The translations under genes were made by a program, and so were the position numbers. DNA of 64,000 bases from Eukaryota sp. GEM-RC1 (Eukaryota): positions 1,116,001 through 1,180,000 of the forward strand of contig JAUFOQ010000006.1 in NCBI GenBank assembly GCA_040285855.1, given 5' to 3'. How positions within the stretch are numbered: position 1 is the stretch's first letter; the number at the start of each line of letters is the position of its first letter. This document shows, piece by piece, positions 49,693 through 62,150 of the stretch. The notes under the pieces were generated by a model. It worked only from the letters and a program-made list of their open reading frames with translations, was not told the origin of the DNA and did not search any database.

Positions 49693-50331
49693 ATGGCTAA
49701 TTCTTCTTCTAGCCGATCCCGGCAGAGTACACTCTCCAGCTTCTTCCCTAGTGTCTCTGCTGGTAGAATTCGGCATGATTCTCCAAAATCTTCTGTTAAA
49801 CACTCTAAACCCACTCTCCGTCCTAAACGTATCATAACTCCACCACTCTGGGAGGCTACTTCCGTTGATGTTGCTCGTGCTGGTGCTGCATTGTCGAAAC
49901 GGAAACCTTCTGACGTCTCTCCTTTTGTCAATTTAAAAGTTGATAATGCTGGTGATCTCGGTAAAGGTGTATTTGCTGCAAGTGATATTCCCAGAGGTTC
50001 ACTAGTCATTGAATACAGGGGAACTCGTATTTCGTGGACAGAAGGAGAGGATCGGTTAGTAGAAGCTGATAATGATGTGGGATACATCTTCTTTGTTGAG
50101 TACAAGTCCACAAAGTTTGCTCTTGATGCATCTGAACCTCTACCAAAATGGGGAATTGCTCGTTTTGTAAATCATAGTTATCTTCATCCTAATTTGAAGG
50201 CTAAGGTTGTTTGTGTTAACAAAGAACCCCGCTTAGTCTTCTTTGCTGCTAAGTCTATTCCTACTGGGGAGCAACTGTTGGTAGACTATGGGGACAGGAC
50301 ATCTTCTGTTCCGTGGTTGATGAACTCGTGA
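49693..50331 (+). CDS. SET-domain lysine methyltransferase, SET8/PR-Set7 (H4K20me1)-like
   Basis: GKGVFA, EYRG, LDAS...GIARFVNHS, GEQLLVDYGDR...PWL with no post-SET Cys; N-terminal QSTLSSFF PIP-box-like motif. Confidence 0.85.
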   Translation: MANSSSSRSRQSTLSSFFPSVSAGRIRHDSPKSSVKHSKPTLRPKRIITPPLWEATSVDVARAGAALSKRKPSDVSPFVNLKVDNAGDLGKGVFAASDIPRGSLVIEYRGTRISWTEGEDRLVEADNDVGYIFFVEYKSTKFALDASEPLPKWGIARFVNHSYLHPNLKAKVVCVNKEPRLVFFAAKSIPTGEQLLVDYGDRTSSVPWLMNS

Positions 50332-51216
50332 GGTTTTTTTTATACTAGTATTGTTTTTTATGTATCTTATTTATTTATTTTGCGATCTTTGGGAAATTGA
50401 ATATTTAGTTCTTTTCAGAAATTCGTGCTAATTGAATTTCGCTTAAACCGAAATTATAACTAGAAAACTCGATTTCGTAGAGTGTTATTTTGTTAATACA
50501 GTACATGTGGTTTTTGAATTTATGCATTTACTCCAGCAAAGAACTTCTTCGAAAGATTTATCTGTTGACAACAATGACTATATAAACAGTATGTTTTATT
50601 CTCCAACAGTGCTATCTCAGAAACTGAATGGAGTTTCACCAATGATCATACTTCCTTGTCTTCTGTTGATCTATCTAAGTGATCTAAGCTTCGGATCCAC
50701 CATCATTCTTTGATAGTAGTTAGTTAATTAATTATAATGTTTGAACAAAATGATGCATCATCATTGAACATATTATAGGGCTGTTACTTGACCTCCAAGT
50801 CAAGTTCAAGTCAACTCAGCTTTCAAGTATACTCGACTTGAGTCATAGCTCTGCTGTATTCATGTTTATTGATAAATGGCAAATTGATGAATATAAATAC
50901 TTTGAAAAACATATATTACAAGGACATTCTTTTAGATTCCAAAAATAAGGTGTGGAAAAAATGTCGTGGTGATGACGTCATCAAGACGTGACAATCCGTC
51001 GAAGAGCAATACCTACAATCAGTATATACTTCTCTTGATATAATACTGTTTCTAACATTCAGCAGAAACACTCAAAAGTTAAGACAAACATCTCTCAGTC
51101 TTGGTAAGAAGAAATCTGAAACTACAAAATGAACTTCAATATTTTAAAAAGGGGCCATCTTGTCCAATAATTTCAACCAAAAATAATTGCTGACGACAAT
51201 CACCTTTCAATCAAAT

Positions 51217-52209
51217 CTAACTCAATCGTAACTTCTCAACTAACGTATCTCCAGTCACTTCAAACAAAACAACATCTCCATCAGCACAACCAACAACAAC
51301 CACGTCATCAACACGTGTTACAGACAAAGGAATGGAAGGGAGAGAAACAGCGGAAAGACAAGTTTCACTTAAATCATTGAAGGACCACAACTTCAATTGC
51401 AAGTCTGAACCAACAGACAGAAATCTTGTTGAGTTGTATTGACATATACAGTTACCCCGTTGGTCATGACCAGAAAAAACAACACATGGACTCGAAAGAT
51501 TTCTAAAGTCGTATACATAAATCTCGCCACCTTCACCATCAAATCCATTAAGGACAGTTCCAAAATGATTTTGACCTAATGACGTGATGGAGGTTCCAAA
51601 GAAGTCTGGTAGATCAATTCTATTTATGAATTTTAGATCTGTGTCCCAAATATTGATCTTAAGGTCTTCAGAAGTCTGAAGAATAAGCTCAGAATTGGAA
51701 TCTCCACTGAAGGAGGCCATGTCAGTCACTACGTTTCTGGAAGGTTTAGCACTAGCTAACGTTTCCAATGATTGAGAGTCAAACAAAGTCAATGAGTAAT
51801 CACGTGATCCTGAGCAAACCCAAGAGCCATCACGTGCGCAGCAGAGTCCCAAGACGGAAGAGTTGTGTTTGGGAAAGGTGTGTACATGAGTGAAAGAGTC
51901 GTTGGAGTAGGAGTAGATGCTGGCTGCACAGTTACGTCCAGCTGAGAAGATAGTAGGAGAGGGAATGATCGGAGTACTAAGACGAAGGATGGGGTTTGAA
52001 AGTTGGAGAGATGCAGATAGGGAGAATGAGCTGTAATCGTAAGCAGTGAGTAAGCCATCGTCATTACCAGAGAGAAAAGTAAGTGGTGAGACTAAAAGAG
52101 GTGCAGATGTCCATATTGGAGATGATGAAAACTTGGGAGATTTAAGAGGGTGGCACTCTTTGACTGTACGTCTGTAAGGTGAGGAGGTTTGTGAGCAGCA
52201 ATTGCCCAT
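51217..52209 (-). CDS. WD40-repeat protein with N-terminal acylation motif (WDR31-like)
   Basis: MGNCCS start; CSGSRDYSL, RNVVT, ILQTSEDLKINIWD, GFDGEGGEI, FSGH. Confidence 0.8.
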   Translation of the reverse strand: MGNCCSQTSSPYRRTVKECHPLKSPKFSSSPIWTSAPLLVSPLTFLSGNDDGLLTAYDYSSFSLSASLQLSNPILRLSTPIIPSPTIFSAGRNCAASIYSYSNDSFTHVHTFPKHNSSVLGLCCARDGSWVCSGSRDYSLTLFDSQSLETLASAKPSRNVVTDMASFSGDSNSELILQTSEDLKINIWDTDLKFINRIDLPDFFGTSITSLGQNHFGTVLNGFDGEGGEIYVYDFRNLSSPCVVFSGHDQRGNCICQYNSTRFLSVGSDLQLKLWSFNDLSETCLSAVSLPSIPLSVTRVDDVVVVGCADGDVVLFEVTGDTLVEKLRLS

Positions 52210-52275
52210 GTTTCGAGAAGTTTCAAGAATTTAGTTTCAGAATCTCAATCCTTGATCATCACCCAAATCTTTAAT

Positions 52276-52355
52276 ACATACTAGTACGATACTAGTATGT
52301 CGATAAGAATGTATTTTTCAGGTATTAGTAGTACCTGAAAAATACATTCTTATCG
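52276..52355. repeat. Two abutting perfect inverted repeats (11-bp and 24-bp stems)
   Basis: ACATACTAGTA-cga-TACTAGTATGT followed directly by CGATAAGAATGTATTTTTCAGGTA-ttagtag-TACCTGAAAAATACATTCTTATCG. Confidence 0.9.
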
Positions 52356-53270
52356 TATTTTAAAAAGTATTTTCTGTATTGTATCAAATTGTTCCATCTA
52401 TTGTATTTTCTATATGTTGTGCATTTTTGCATTTGCAACTGAAAGACTGCTATCTTGTAGTATCTTGATTTCAACTAACATAAAACTACATCTACTAGTA
52501 TTTGCTAACTCAATAACAATGACGGTACCAAATTTAATCTAGTGTTGCAAATATAGGATAATTTACAAAAGGTATCTTAAATTTAAATTTAAAATACACA
52601 AGAGGTAAACCCGGGGTTTACGACCAATCAGTGAAATAAACGCTTTTTGCAAACAAAAATAGTAAGAATGCAAATGTTTACCTTCAAGTATCTCTATCAT
52701 CAGGTGAATTCATATGAACCCTTGTTTTCTTACTTTTAGAATTTACTTTTCTGTTTTGCCAGGAGTTTCCAGCACTTTCTTCTTCAGGGGTACGAAGTTT
52801 TACATTATCAAGAAGCGGACAAAGTTGGTGTAATATTTTGACAAAGATAAGGAATATGTTGTGTGTACACTACCATACTTGCCATTGTGGTCATTTTGAT
52901 TCGAAATTGTCACGTCATTGTATCTGCTTTTCTAGGTATTGTTTGTATTGTATCAGATCAAAGTGGTTTAATTTGTCAGGTATGGTTGAGATATTTGCAG
53001 TTGAATGAATAAATAAGACTAAAATAATGTAAGATTTAGGTCAAATACATGGTAAAAGGTTCATTAAAACCAGGTAAGAAATACAAAATCTTTGAAAAGA
53101 TATAATACATTTGATGTTTGCAAAAATTTGAAATAATTAAAAATACAGAAACAAACTCCCTTAAATAAAATAACCAGACAAAACTCAAAGCATTGCACTA
53201 TTAGAAGGTAAAATCTCCCTGGAAGTAGGTCTATCCGATAATCTTGAAGTTTCAAACATAGGATTACCAG

Positions 53271-56200
53271 TCAATTGGTCAATCGATCACGTAACCTTCC
53301 TATTTCGGTACGTTGACGTGATATGATTTCCTTGAGCTTTAATTCCTTGCTAGTATCAGTTGAACGACTCTGAGATTTTGACAGTCTGATCTTTTCCCGC
53401 AAATTCTCAATATTTTCAATCAATGAAAGATTTTCCTTGACCAAAGAGCTCAAAACCTCACGATTACTTTGTTCAATTTTCGATACATCTCTGCTCAATG
53501 ACTTTGCTTCTCCTTCTAACCTTACAACTCTATTCCCTTGCTCATTTTGAACCACCAGCTTCTCCTCGTCTATTTTTGACCTACTATTTTGAACCAACTC
53601 CTTAAACTCAGTTGTTACAAAATTGTTCAAATCCTCCCTCATCATGAGTAAGTTGAGATGCTTTCGTAACAGTCGTGAGAATTCTTCCAAAAAGTCTTTC
53701 CAAGTCAAGCACCAACACGTAAGCACTCTTGGCATTTGATTGAACAGCAGACAATTGATCATTTGCTTCTCTGATTTGTAAAGCCATTTTGTGATTACGA
53801 TTATGAGCATTCTGAAGCTCCTCGAAAAGTTGATCAACTACCACGGTAAGAGTCTTGATTTCCTTCAATTTAGGATCAATCTGACCCCTGAGCTCACCAA
53901 TCTGATGATCCAGGACAAACTTCCACTTATCCAAGTCTTGATTATCGATCTTAAGGTCAAAAATACGTGCTTCCTTATCACCAATCACACGATCACGTTC
54001 CTTCATCCTTCCTACCAGAGCCTTTCTTTCTTGTTCTAGTGTTTGAATGGTGTTTAGTAGAGTCTCATCGTGTCTAGACAGAGACTTTATATCCACCAAT
54101 CTATCTTCAATTCCACGTTTAACTTGACCAATCTTTTTTGATAGCATTGCTCTTTCTGCCTTGAGTCTGGTTAATCGTTCACGTTCAGCAGAGAGTTCAT
54201 CAGCTAAACGAGCTTTTAAAGACGCCAGCTCAGCATCTCCATCATCACGACATTGATTGATTCGTTCTTGGAAGGTGGTCACATTTGATTGAAGCTCTTC
54301 TGATAGCTTTTCCAGTCGAAGTGATAAGTCCTGCAAATGATTAGAGTTCTCCTCTTGATGCTGCTTAAGTTCTAACTCATGATCATTAATCAAATCACGT
54401 ATTTCGTTTTCTGACCGGTCAATCAGTGATCTCTTTTGATCTTCTAGTGATTGGATGAAGTTACTACGTTGATCTCTCATAACTGAGTATGATGACCTTG
54501 TTTCATCTATTTCTTTAGCTTGAGATAGATCCAAATGTTCAATTTCAGATGCATACGAAGCTCTCAGGTCAGAAATATCTTGCAAAAGGTCGCTGTACTC
54601 TTCTTTTTTCCTGGTAATCTGAATTGCCAAAGACTTAGTGACTTCAGATAACTTGTTCACGAAATCAACAGAAACTTGTCTTAATTTAAAATCCTGTTGA
54701 GTATGTAGCTCCCCAAGGTTTCTAGTGAGACTACCAGGAGTAGAGAGAGTGGAGGAAAGAAGAGAGGAATCAATGAGGAAGTGGGAGGGTAAAGTTGAAT
54801 ATTTCGAATTATTTAAAAAATTAGAAAATGAATATACTTTTCCAAATCCCACATTCGACATTGTAATCAGATAATCACACTCTTCACCACCCACGTCAAC
54901 TAAGCTCAATAAAGGTCGAGCATGAGCCTTACTAATCACAAGACACTCATCATAACTCTTCTTGGCCTTTGCCAACTCTCTCTCCAGTACTTCTCCCAAA
55001 GTAAAGCTCACAATAGATCCTGAAGCCAGTCCAATGACTACTCTAGTATCTCCATTTAACAAGAAGGAGGTGGTCATGCAAGTAGCATTGGTAGGGAGAG
55101 GAATACAAGAAATGAGAGTCATGGTAGTTGAAGTGAAGACAAAAAGCTTGTTGAAATCAAGAGCCAAAAGTAGAAAGTCGTCATTGATTTTGACTGTCAG
55201 TGAGCTTGATAGAGCTCTCAAAGAGGAAGGTAGTTTCGTTAGTTGCAGGCTAACAGGTTTACACTCTTTGTTCTCATTTAAACAAACAAATGAAGACTGG
55301 GTGAGAGCTGAACCATCGGTTAAATTATTTAAATTATTTAATTTCCACTGAACTATCACACCATCATCAAAAAGAGCAATCACGACAGAATCATCACTTG
55401 CCCAAACGATTTCAATCACTTTTGATGAGCCATTACTTACCGATTGGAGTGCTCCAACATCTTGAGCATCCACTGAACAATAGATTGACAAGTATGAAGA
55501 ACAGTAAAAGTCTTTAAGTTTCAACAGCATTAATGAGCTATTGAAACGTGATACTTTCGAATTCTGACCTAGAAAACGAGGTGATGAACACGCTAGTATC
55601 GACCCTCCATTAGAGAACTTCAACTGACCTGAATATATCGGTAAAACTCTATAACTAGAAGCAGAAGCCATTATAGTCAATGGAACCAAGGCTGTTTTAG
55701 ATCCACTCTCAACTGAAACTGCAGCAAACAGTCCAGAAGGATGAAAAGAGATAGAAGAAGGAGTTGAGTTGGTGACATCAGTAAGGGTGGAGTGGGTGGT
55801 GATGTCCATATTGTGAAAGAGGGAAGTGGTGAGGGTGGGATGAGCTCTACTAGAGTCGTTGGAAGTCAATGGAACAGTCCAGAAATCAGGTCGATGATTG
55901 AACACCTGCAAGAACATATACCTAGCAGTGACATTCAGTGGGGTTGCAGGAGCGGTCGCCAGGAATCCGAAAGACTTTTCGTCATCCAAAGGTTTAAATG
56001 AATTCAACTGAGACCTAATAGAAAAAGGCAAAGGAGTTTGAGTTTTAGCTATTAAGGTCTTGTCACTACCAACTTGGCAAGAGAGTTTGACGAGACTTCC
56101 AACCTTCATTGACTCCGAGAAGGGAGTGGAGAAAACAATGGAAGGAGAATGATGGCAGAGCACGTGATCAGTGATGAGCTCTTCTATGTTGATTAGAGAG

Positions 56201-57225
56201 CCGTAATCAATTATGATTGCATCGTGAATGATTGGTCGTGAGCTCTTAAATGACACAAGAGAGTCGTTGAGTGGAATGAAGTCAGTGTAAACGTCATCTT
56301 CGAAAGTGCAAGGGTGTGAGAGAGCGGAATCTAAGACTAGACAAACGCGACGGATGATGATAGCAGTGACAGTAGACTCAGAAAGAGAGATATGGTAGAG
56401 AAGTAGTTGAGGATCAGAGGTTTCAGGAGTGATCTTAACAAGAGAACAGAAGGAGGAAGTATCAGAGTGGGGGAGAACGAATGAAGAGAGGAGAGTGTGG
56501 GAGGGACCAGGGATGGCGAGGAGTGAGTATCCGTAGAAAGGGTTGATGATGGAGATACCGTCAGTGTGAGAGACAGCGACGTCAGGAGTAGATGTGTGGA
56601 AGAGTGAGAGAGAGACAGTGGAGAAGTTGTCCAGGAGAGAACGAACCTTACGCAGTTTGAACTTGGAATCGTCCATTTGTTGAATACAGAAGACATGGAC
56701 ACCTTTGGGAAGAGAAACCGTGAGGATAGAAGCTTGTTCAAGGTTTTCCTCTAGAGGTGGAGGACTTGCAATGCAGTGAGTGGCAGTGGGAAGTGAGAGA
56801 GGGAATGACTGAAGAGCGGAACCAGTACGCCAGTCATAGATTTGTAAAGAACCATCATCTAGGATGGTAAACAGATGAGTTCCAAGAGGACTAAAGCAAA
56901 AAGAAAGAAGAAAGGGACACTGGAAGGAAGATTCAACAGAGACTTTTTGTTCTGTTGGGGTGGATTTGATAGTAGTAATGTGGATGTAGGAAGATTTCCT
57001 GCAGTATAGAGCTAGTAAGTAATTACTTTGAGAGAGTTCTATAAGAGATGATAAAGAAATATCAGAATTAGGTGCTAAATTCAAAGAAGTGATAGATTGA
57101 TGTGTAAAAGAGCTGTCAGAAAGGACAACATCAGCATCTGAGAGAAAAAGGACTTTGTCAGGATATATAGGAAAAATATGCTTTGAACATGATAGAGAAG
57201 CTCCAAGGCAGTATGCTGACTGCAT
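53271..57225 (-). CDS. CFAP57: CFAP57/WDR65-like axonemal protein (divergent WD region plus long coiled coil); frameshift near 53640
   Basis: SISFHPSGL, FSNGGSILA, and C-terminal MKERDRVIGDKEARIFDLKIDNQDLDKWKFVLDHQIGELRGQIDPK matching the CFAP57 coiled-coil signature. Confidence 0.8.
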
Positions 57226-57289
57226 TTAGGAGTAAGTAGGAGCTTCTTGGAAGAAGTTGGAGTTGTTGACCTACCAAAGTTTCACTTTG

Positions 57290-58501
57290 ATGGCCACTCT
57301 GTCCTTCCATTACTCAGATCCTTCATCTGATAACCATAACACGTTTCTTCTTCTTCTATATCGTATAATATGTTTATTTAAAGTTCTTTACGTCAAACCT
57401 GTTCAGGATCTAACTAGGATTAATTCTCCTTTAATTCCAGTGTCAACTCTCTCTGATGATTTTTGTTCAGTTCTTCAGCCCCGTCTGTCTCCAACATCAC
57501 CTAAGCACACATCTAAGCTCACATCTAAACAAACTATTTTCCGAGATTTGCTTTTTCAACTTGACCTGTTAAAAGCTTCATCACAGTCTCTATTTGTCAT
57601 GCACATAAACACTGACTCTTTCCCACAGTTATCTCCAAAAGATCTAACCAAACTCTCATCGTCTCTACCTCCTTCGTCCACGTTAATCTTCTCGTACACT
57701 GGTCATCGTTCCCCACGCTTTCCCAAATCTACCAATCTCATTTCTATCCCTTTGTTCTCTTCTCTTTCAGCTCCACTTGGGTCAACTCCTTTCCTTTCCA
57801 AGTTCAACCCTCCACAACCTGAAATTCACTTGAAATCCTTAACTTCAGCTGATTCGGATCTGTTACTCTATTTGCTTACCCTTCCTGAAACAACAGTACC
57901 GTGTCCCCATTTCTTTGATTGGTCGGATGACGCGAGACCGGTCAGAATTGAGCTCACTAGCCTTGAGTCTGTTGAAATTGAACATGATGAAAGTGCTGAG
58001 ACTTTGATTGCTGTTGATGACGTGATCGATCCAGAACAAGTGCTGAAAAAGCTTTTGGTTCAATATCCCGTTCAAACTGTGGATAAATGTAAAAAGGATT
58101 TAACGAAATTTTACAGCAGTTTAAATACTTTAAATATTGCGAAGCTTACTCAGTTTAATGATTTAGTCATTGCTTATTCTAAAACCATTAGTTTTACAGA
58201 TACAGCTTTCTTCCACAACAAAGTTTTGGTCAATCTTTTACAAGTTCCAGTACTGTTTTTGTTGTATTTCAATGAGGAGAGTATAGACCCTCGTGATGAC
58301 GTGACTTTGAAGAAGTGTTGTAGAAAGGTTCAATCATTTGTAGTTTTGTGGATGGTTGAGTCTTTGATTGAAGTCGGATATTTTGAAAAATTTAAAAATT
58401 CGCAGACTGTTATTAGTGTGTTCATGAAAAAGTATCTCGGAGTTAAGCAATGTCCTCCAGAAAATCGAAAGCGACTGGTGTCTCAAATAAAGAAAGCATA
58501 A
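57290..58501 (+). CDS. Hypothetical protein
   Basis: About 400-aa open frame, divergent from CFAP57; no domain confidently recognised. Confidence 0.7.
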   Translation: MATLSFHYSDPSSDNHNTFLLLLYRIICLFKVLYVKPVQDLTRINSPLIPVSTLSDDFCSVLQPRLSPTSPKHTSKLTSKQTIFRDLLFQLDLLKASSQSLFVMHINTDSFPQLSPKDLTKLSSSLPPSSTLIFSYTGHRSPRFPKSTNLISIPLFSSLSAPLGSTPFLSKFNPPQPEIHLKSLTSADSDLLLYLLTLPETTVPCPHFFDWSDDARPVRIELTSLESVEIEHDESAETLIAVDDVIDPEQVLKKLLVQYPVQTVDKCKKDLTKFYSSLNTLNIAKLTQFNDLVIAYSKTISFTDTAFFHNKVLVNLLQVPVLFLLYFNEESIDPRDDVTLKKCCRKVQSFVVLWMVESLIEVGYFEKFKNSQTVISVFMKKYLGVKQCPPENRKRLVSQIKKA

Positions 58502-59172
58502 CTCTATACCCCCTGAATAATAAAGATGTCCTTTTGCGATCCCAACATGATTTTTTCTGAACAACATTCATTTGTATAGTATGTTACTCTAGAGTCAATA
58601 GCGTTTTTGTTTTTGGTGTTTACCCTGTAACCAAGAATTTCCTAAGACAATGAACTTATTTCATTTGACTCCGGATTTACGCAAATGATTTTTTTTGGAT
58701 TCAATACAGCTGAGACCAGTGCTCGAAATGTGACACGTGTCTTTTGTATTTGGACATTTTTACCCCATTATTGACTCAAGAATTGTTGAATTTCTGGAAA
58801 TATTGTACTATATATTGGCGTGCAACTCTTGAACAATTGTAGTCAACAAAAGACAATTAATGTCCCCTTGTCCTACATCTTCACGAACTTTTGGACTGGC
58901 AAAACGATTTGTATTGACAACAACACATGAACATACTTTTTGACAGTTAGCTGGAATCTTATTCAATATCAGATTCGAATGCAGAGACTTTTTCACTTTG
59001 AATGAGGGTATATTTGGAAATTTAGAACAGGGTGAAGTACAGTAGGGATGTACAAACTTTAGTCTTCTAAGGGTGACTGTATTCAACTCACACCGCTTGG
59101 ACACGTGTCTTTAAAACCAAAATCTAAAATTAAATTTTTCTCACTTTTCATTACTCTGTACTCTGTCTGAAA

Positions 59173-60410
59173 ATGTCTACGAACCAACATGACTGGTGCG
59201 ATGCTGATTTGGATCGAAGAAGAGCCCCAGGACCTCGTCGAATTGGGAATACTGACTTTGGAAGGAATCGTGAACCTCCTCGTTCTATACCCAGAATTCT
59301 GAATACACCATTCTCGTATGATCCCAATTTTACTCCCTTGAGTCCTATGCAGGTCCTGCTTTCGGCCTGGTACTCCCGGAAAACTTCACAAAGCATGAAC
59401 CTACCTGGGAAGTTTACGACGGACTTCGACCAAAGCTACTCCGTTACCTGGATCTATCACAGACACTAAGAGATGAGCTAGCCGTTTTGCTTTCGGAACC
59501 AGAAATGGCCTTGTTGCTTGCTAACGATCAGTCTACTGCAAGTATCAATTTGCGCCGTATTGTTTGCACACATCTTGTACAGTTTGATCCATGTTCAAAG
59601 GAGTACCATTTTGTGAATACGGACAATTTTGACTACCACAGTCTTCTTGAACGAGCTGAATTTAATGACGAGGCAAATTTGAGAAGAATGCGCTCAAATG
59701 ACATCGATCTGTTACTTTTGGAAGGTTACGAATATGAAGAATATCTCGACTTTCGTTCCAAGTTTGGTGAATCTGGATACCGCAATCCATTGTTCGGTTT
59801 AATCTTGATCCTACTCAACCGAATGGGAAATGTTGGGGTTTCACACCACAATAAGGTTGATGAGCCTGTTCCCTATTTAAAGAATGATGGATCTCCTTAC
59901 TACGACTACTGTCAACTACTCTATGATCGAGCAAACCAAGTATTGAATTCCAATATTCAAAACAGTGATGATTATAATCTCCTTCGCCACCTCCGAGACT
60001 GTTTGAAGTTCTACTTCATTGATGTTCATTACCATACTGAGGGATACTACCGACTATTCTACACTGTTTTTGACCAGCTTGTGGTAAGATGTAGGTTCTA
60101 CAGTCAGGGTCTCACACACGCTGACTTGATGCACAATGACGTGTTACAAAGAGTCTATGGAAAGTCCTGTCCAAACACACAGGTACAAATATTTCTTAAT
60201 GCTTGGATCCTAGTTTTTAGTATCACCAGAGGTTACGATCTTAGACCTGTGATCCAGTATTGCGAAAAGTTCTACTATCCAAAATATGTTCCACCTCGAC
60301 CGTTCTATATGAATTTATACAGACCTGGTCGCTATGTAGGTACCAGAATCTTCAATGCAATCATGGACTCCATCCTAGATGCATATAAGGTTGCCCAACA
60401 ACCAGAATGA
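59173..60410 (+). CDS. Hypothetical Tyr-rich protein; frameshift near 59335
   Basis: ORF 59173-59469 joins the 59487-60410 frame, which is open upstream to about 59340 (ESYAGPAFGLVLPENF...). Confidence 0.6.
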
Positions 60411-60550
60411 TTGAAAATAAACTTTAGTGATATGGAATTTAACAATAAATTTGTATAGAAATTGTAACATTCAGAACCAATCATACATTGCCCTACTTAT
60501 GTATTGGGTATTTGGGGTAGGTTCATCTGTCTATTTGTCGTTTCTTTAGT

Positions 60551-60868
60551 TCAAGTTATGTTAGAGTTTATTTGCAACAATACTTTAATACATACTAATT
60601 CAGAAATGAAAGAAATTAAATGTTCCACATCAACACGAGAATTAACCCTATACAACGTCGAATAAACGGAAATTAAATACTTGGGAATGCTTCTATAAAG
60701 AGCAAACATAATTCGATTAATCCATACAGCACTGTTAAATACCTTACCATTAGAACGACATTCAAGACTAAAATCGTTGAAAAATATTATACCGGCTAGA
60801 CCAATATTACCAAAAATTGAAATTGCAAATGGAACAAATGAAAACTTAGAATATAGATGAAATAACAT
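60551..60868 (-). mobile_element. REL/CRE-type retroelement 3' fragment (divergent)
   Basis: FVPFAISIFGNIG...GKVFNSAVWINRIMFALYRS. Confidence 0.75.
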
Positions 60869-61920
60869 TTAATAATAGACCAGTTTAATACTATTGTCAT
60901 CTACATTTGTAAGTTTTAAATGGAATCTGGGTGGCTCGAAATTCACGACTCCGCTCAAGATTTGAATCGACCAATATACAATCAAGGTGTTCCTGTCTTT
61001 GGCAATACAGGAATGACTTCGAAAACAAGAGTGTTTTATCAGGAATAATAAAAGTACGTCTCAAAATACAATATTCGGTTCTCAATCTGACAAAATCTTT
61101 TCATGTCTTTAATTACCGTGGCCCATATACTGTCACTAAGTGGTATATGACTTTTAATACTGTCGAGCACGTTACTTAAAGAATATTTTTGGGTTCTGTT
61201 TCATAGATTTATTTCTGACATGTATTTTTGGTCCTGATCATCTTGACAAATTTTAAGTTTTAAGTTTTATGAAATAATAGCAATTACTAATGAAAAATTC
61301 AGATAATAACTGTTCATTTCAAGTTCGACTCTCTGAAAACACCAATAATTGAACTTAAATGGCGCGAACCGCAACTTTGTAAAACGTAGAAGTTGTGCTT
61401 TTATTAGAAGTATCTCAATGAAAATAAGTCAGGAATTCAACACACTCAGCTTCTTGCTAGACGGTTGATTGAAGAAATGATTGAAATAGAGTTCAGAAAA
61501 TGATTGAACTAGACCCTAACAATTAACAATCATGATTCAAGTTAGGGCGGAAAATAATATTTAAAATATATAATATATGTATTTATTTAACTTGACTCAT
61601 GCTGGTTGATGGACTCTATTCAAATTTGTACTCTTTTCAGAACAATTCTAAGGTGCTCCAAGAAGCCTGAACAATACTTGCTCCAGCTCCCTGCTTTTGT
61701 ATCAGCCTTGATCCCCGTGCCGTTTCGAAGGTCTTTCCCTAAGCTTTCCGGTACGTAAGCGAGCTCAAGGCACTTAATGACTCCAACAGCCGACAACTAC
61801 CAAATTCTTGCTCTGCAAGGAGACAGAATACTTTCTTGGAAATTGTTTTGGGAAGATTTCTTTCAAGAAACTTAGAAGCTGATGAACTCTTGTCAACAAT
61901 CTGTCAGAAGCTCCTGTCGA

Positions 61921-62150
61921 TCACTTTATTAATCTTTTACAATGGTGGAAGAGAATAAAGGTCGCCTTGACGAATTCATGCAAATTTTCTGTCTGTTCAG
62001 ACACCTTGTGAGAGGTTATTTTCTTTAGCCGGAGACATGGTATTATAGAAACATTGTGCACTATATGATCATTCTGTTCGTGCTGTTTTGTGCTTGAAGT
62101 CATGGCTAGAAAATGGTTTTGATTTGAACAATAAAGTTGCAGCTGGTTTT
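61921..62150 (+). pseudogene. hAT transposase C-terminal dimerisation-domain remnant
   Basis: Plus strand reads LLQWWK... then ERLFSLAG...SVRAVLCLKSWL, the hAT dimerisation consensus, with internal stop and frameshift. Confidence 0.75.

Noticed and set aside
49569..50111. Antisense ORFs such as 49569-50111, 54962-55351 and 6674-6961
   Set aside because: Shadow frames overlapping well-supported genes on the opposite strand, with no independent evidence.
50776..50850. hAT element starting TAGGGCTGTTAC with AAGTC repeats
   Set aside because: Only one end found; no matching TIR or TSD.
57290..58501. ORC5- or Rad17-like identity
   Set aside because: Only a vague resemblance and no Walker motifs; left as hypothetical.
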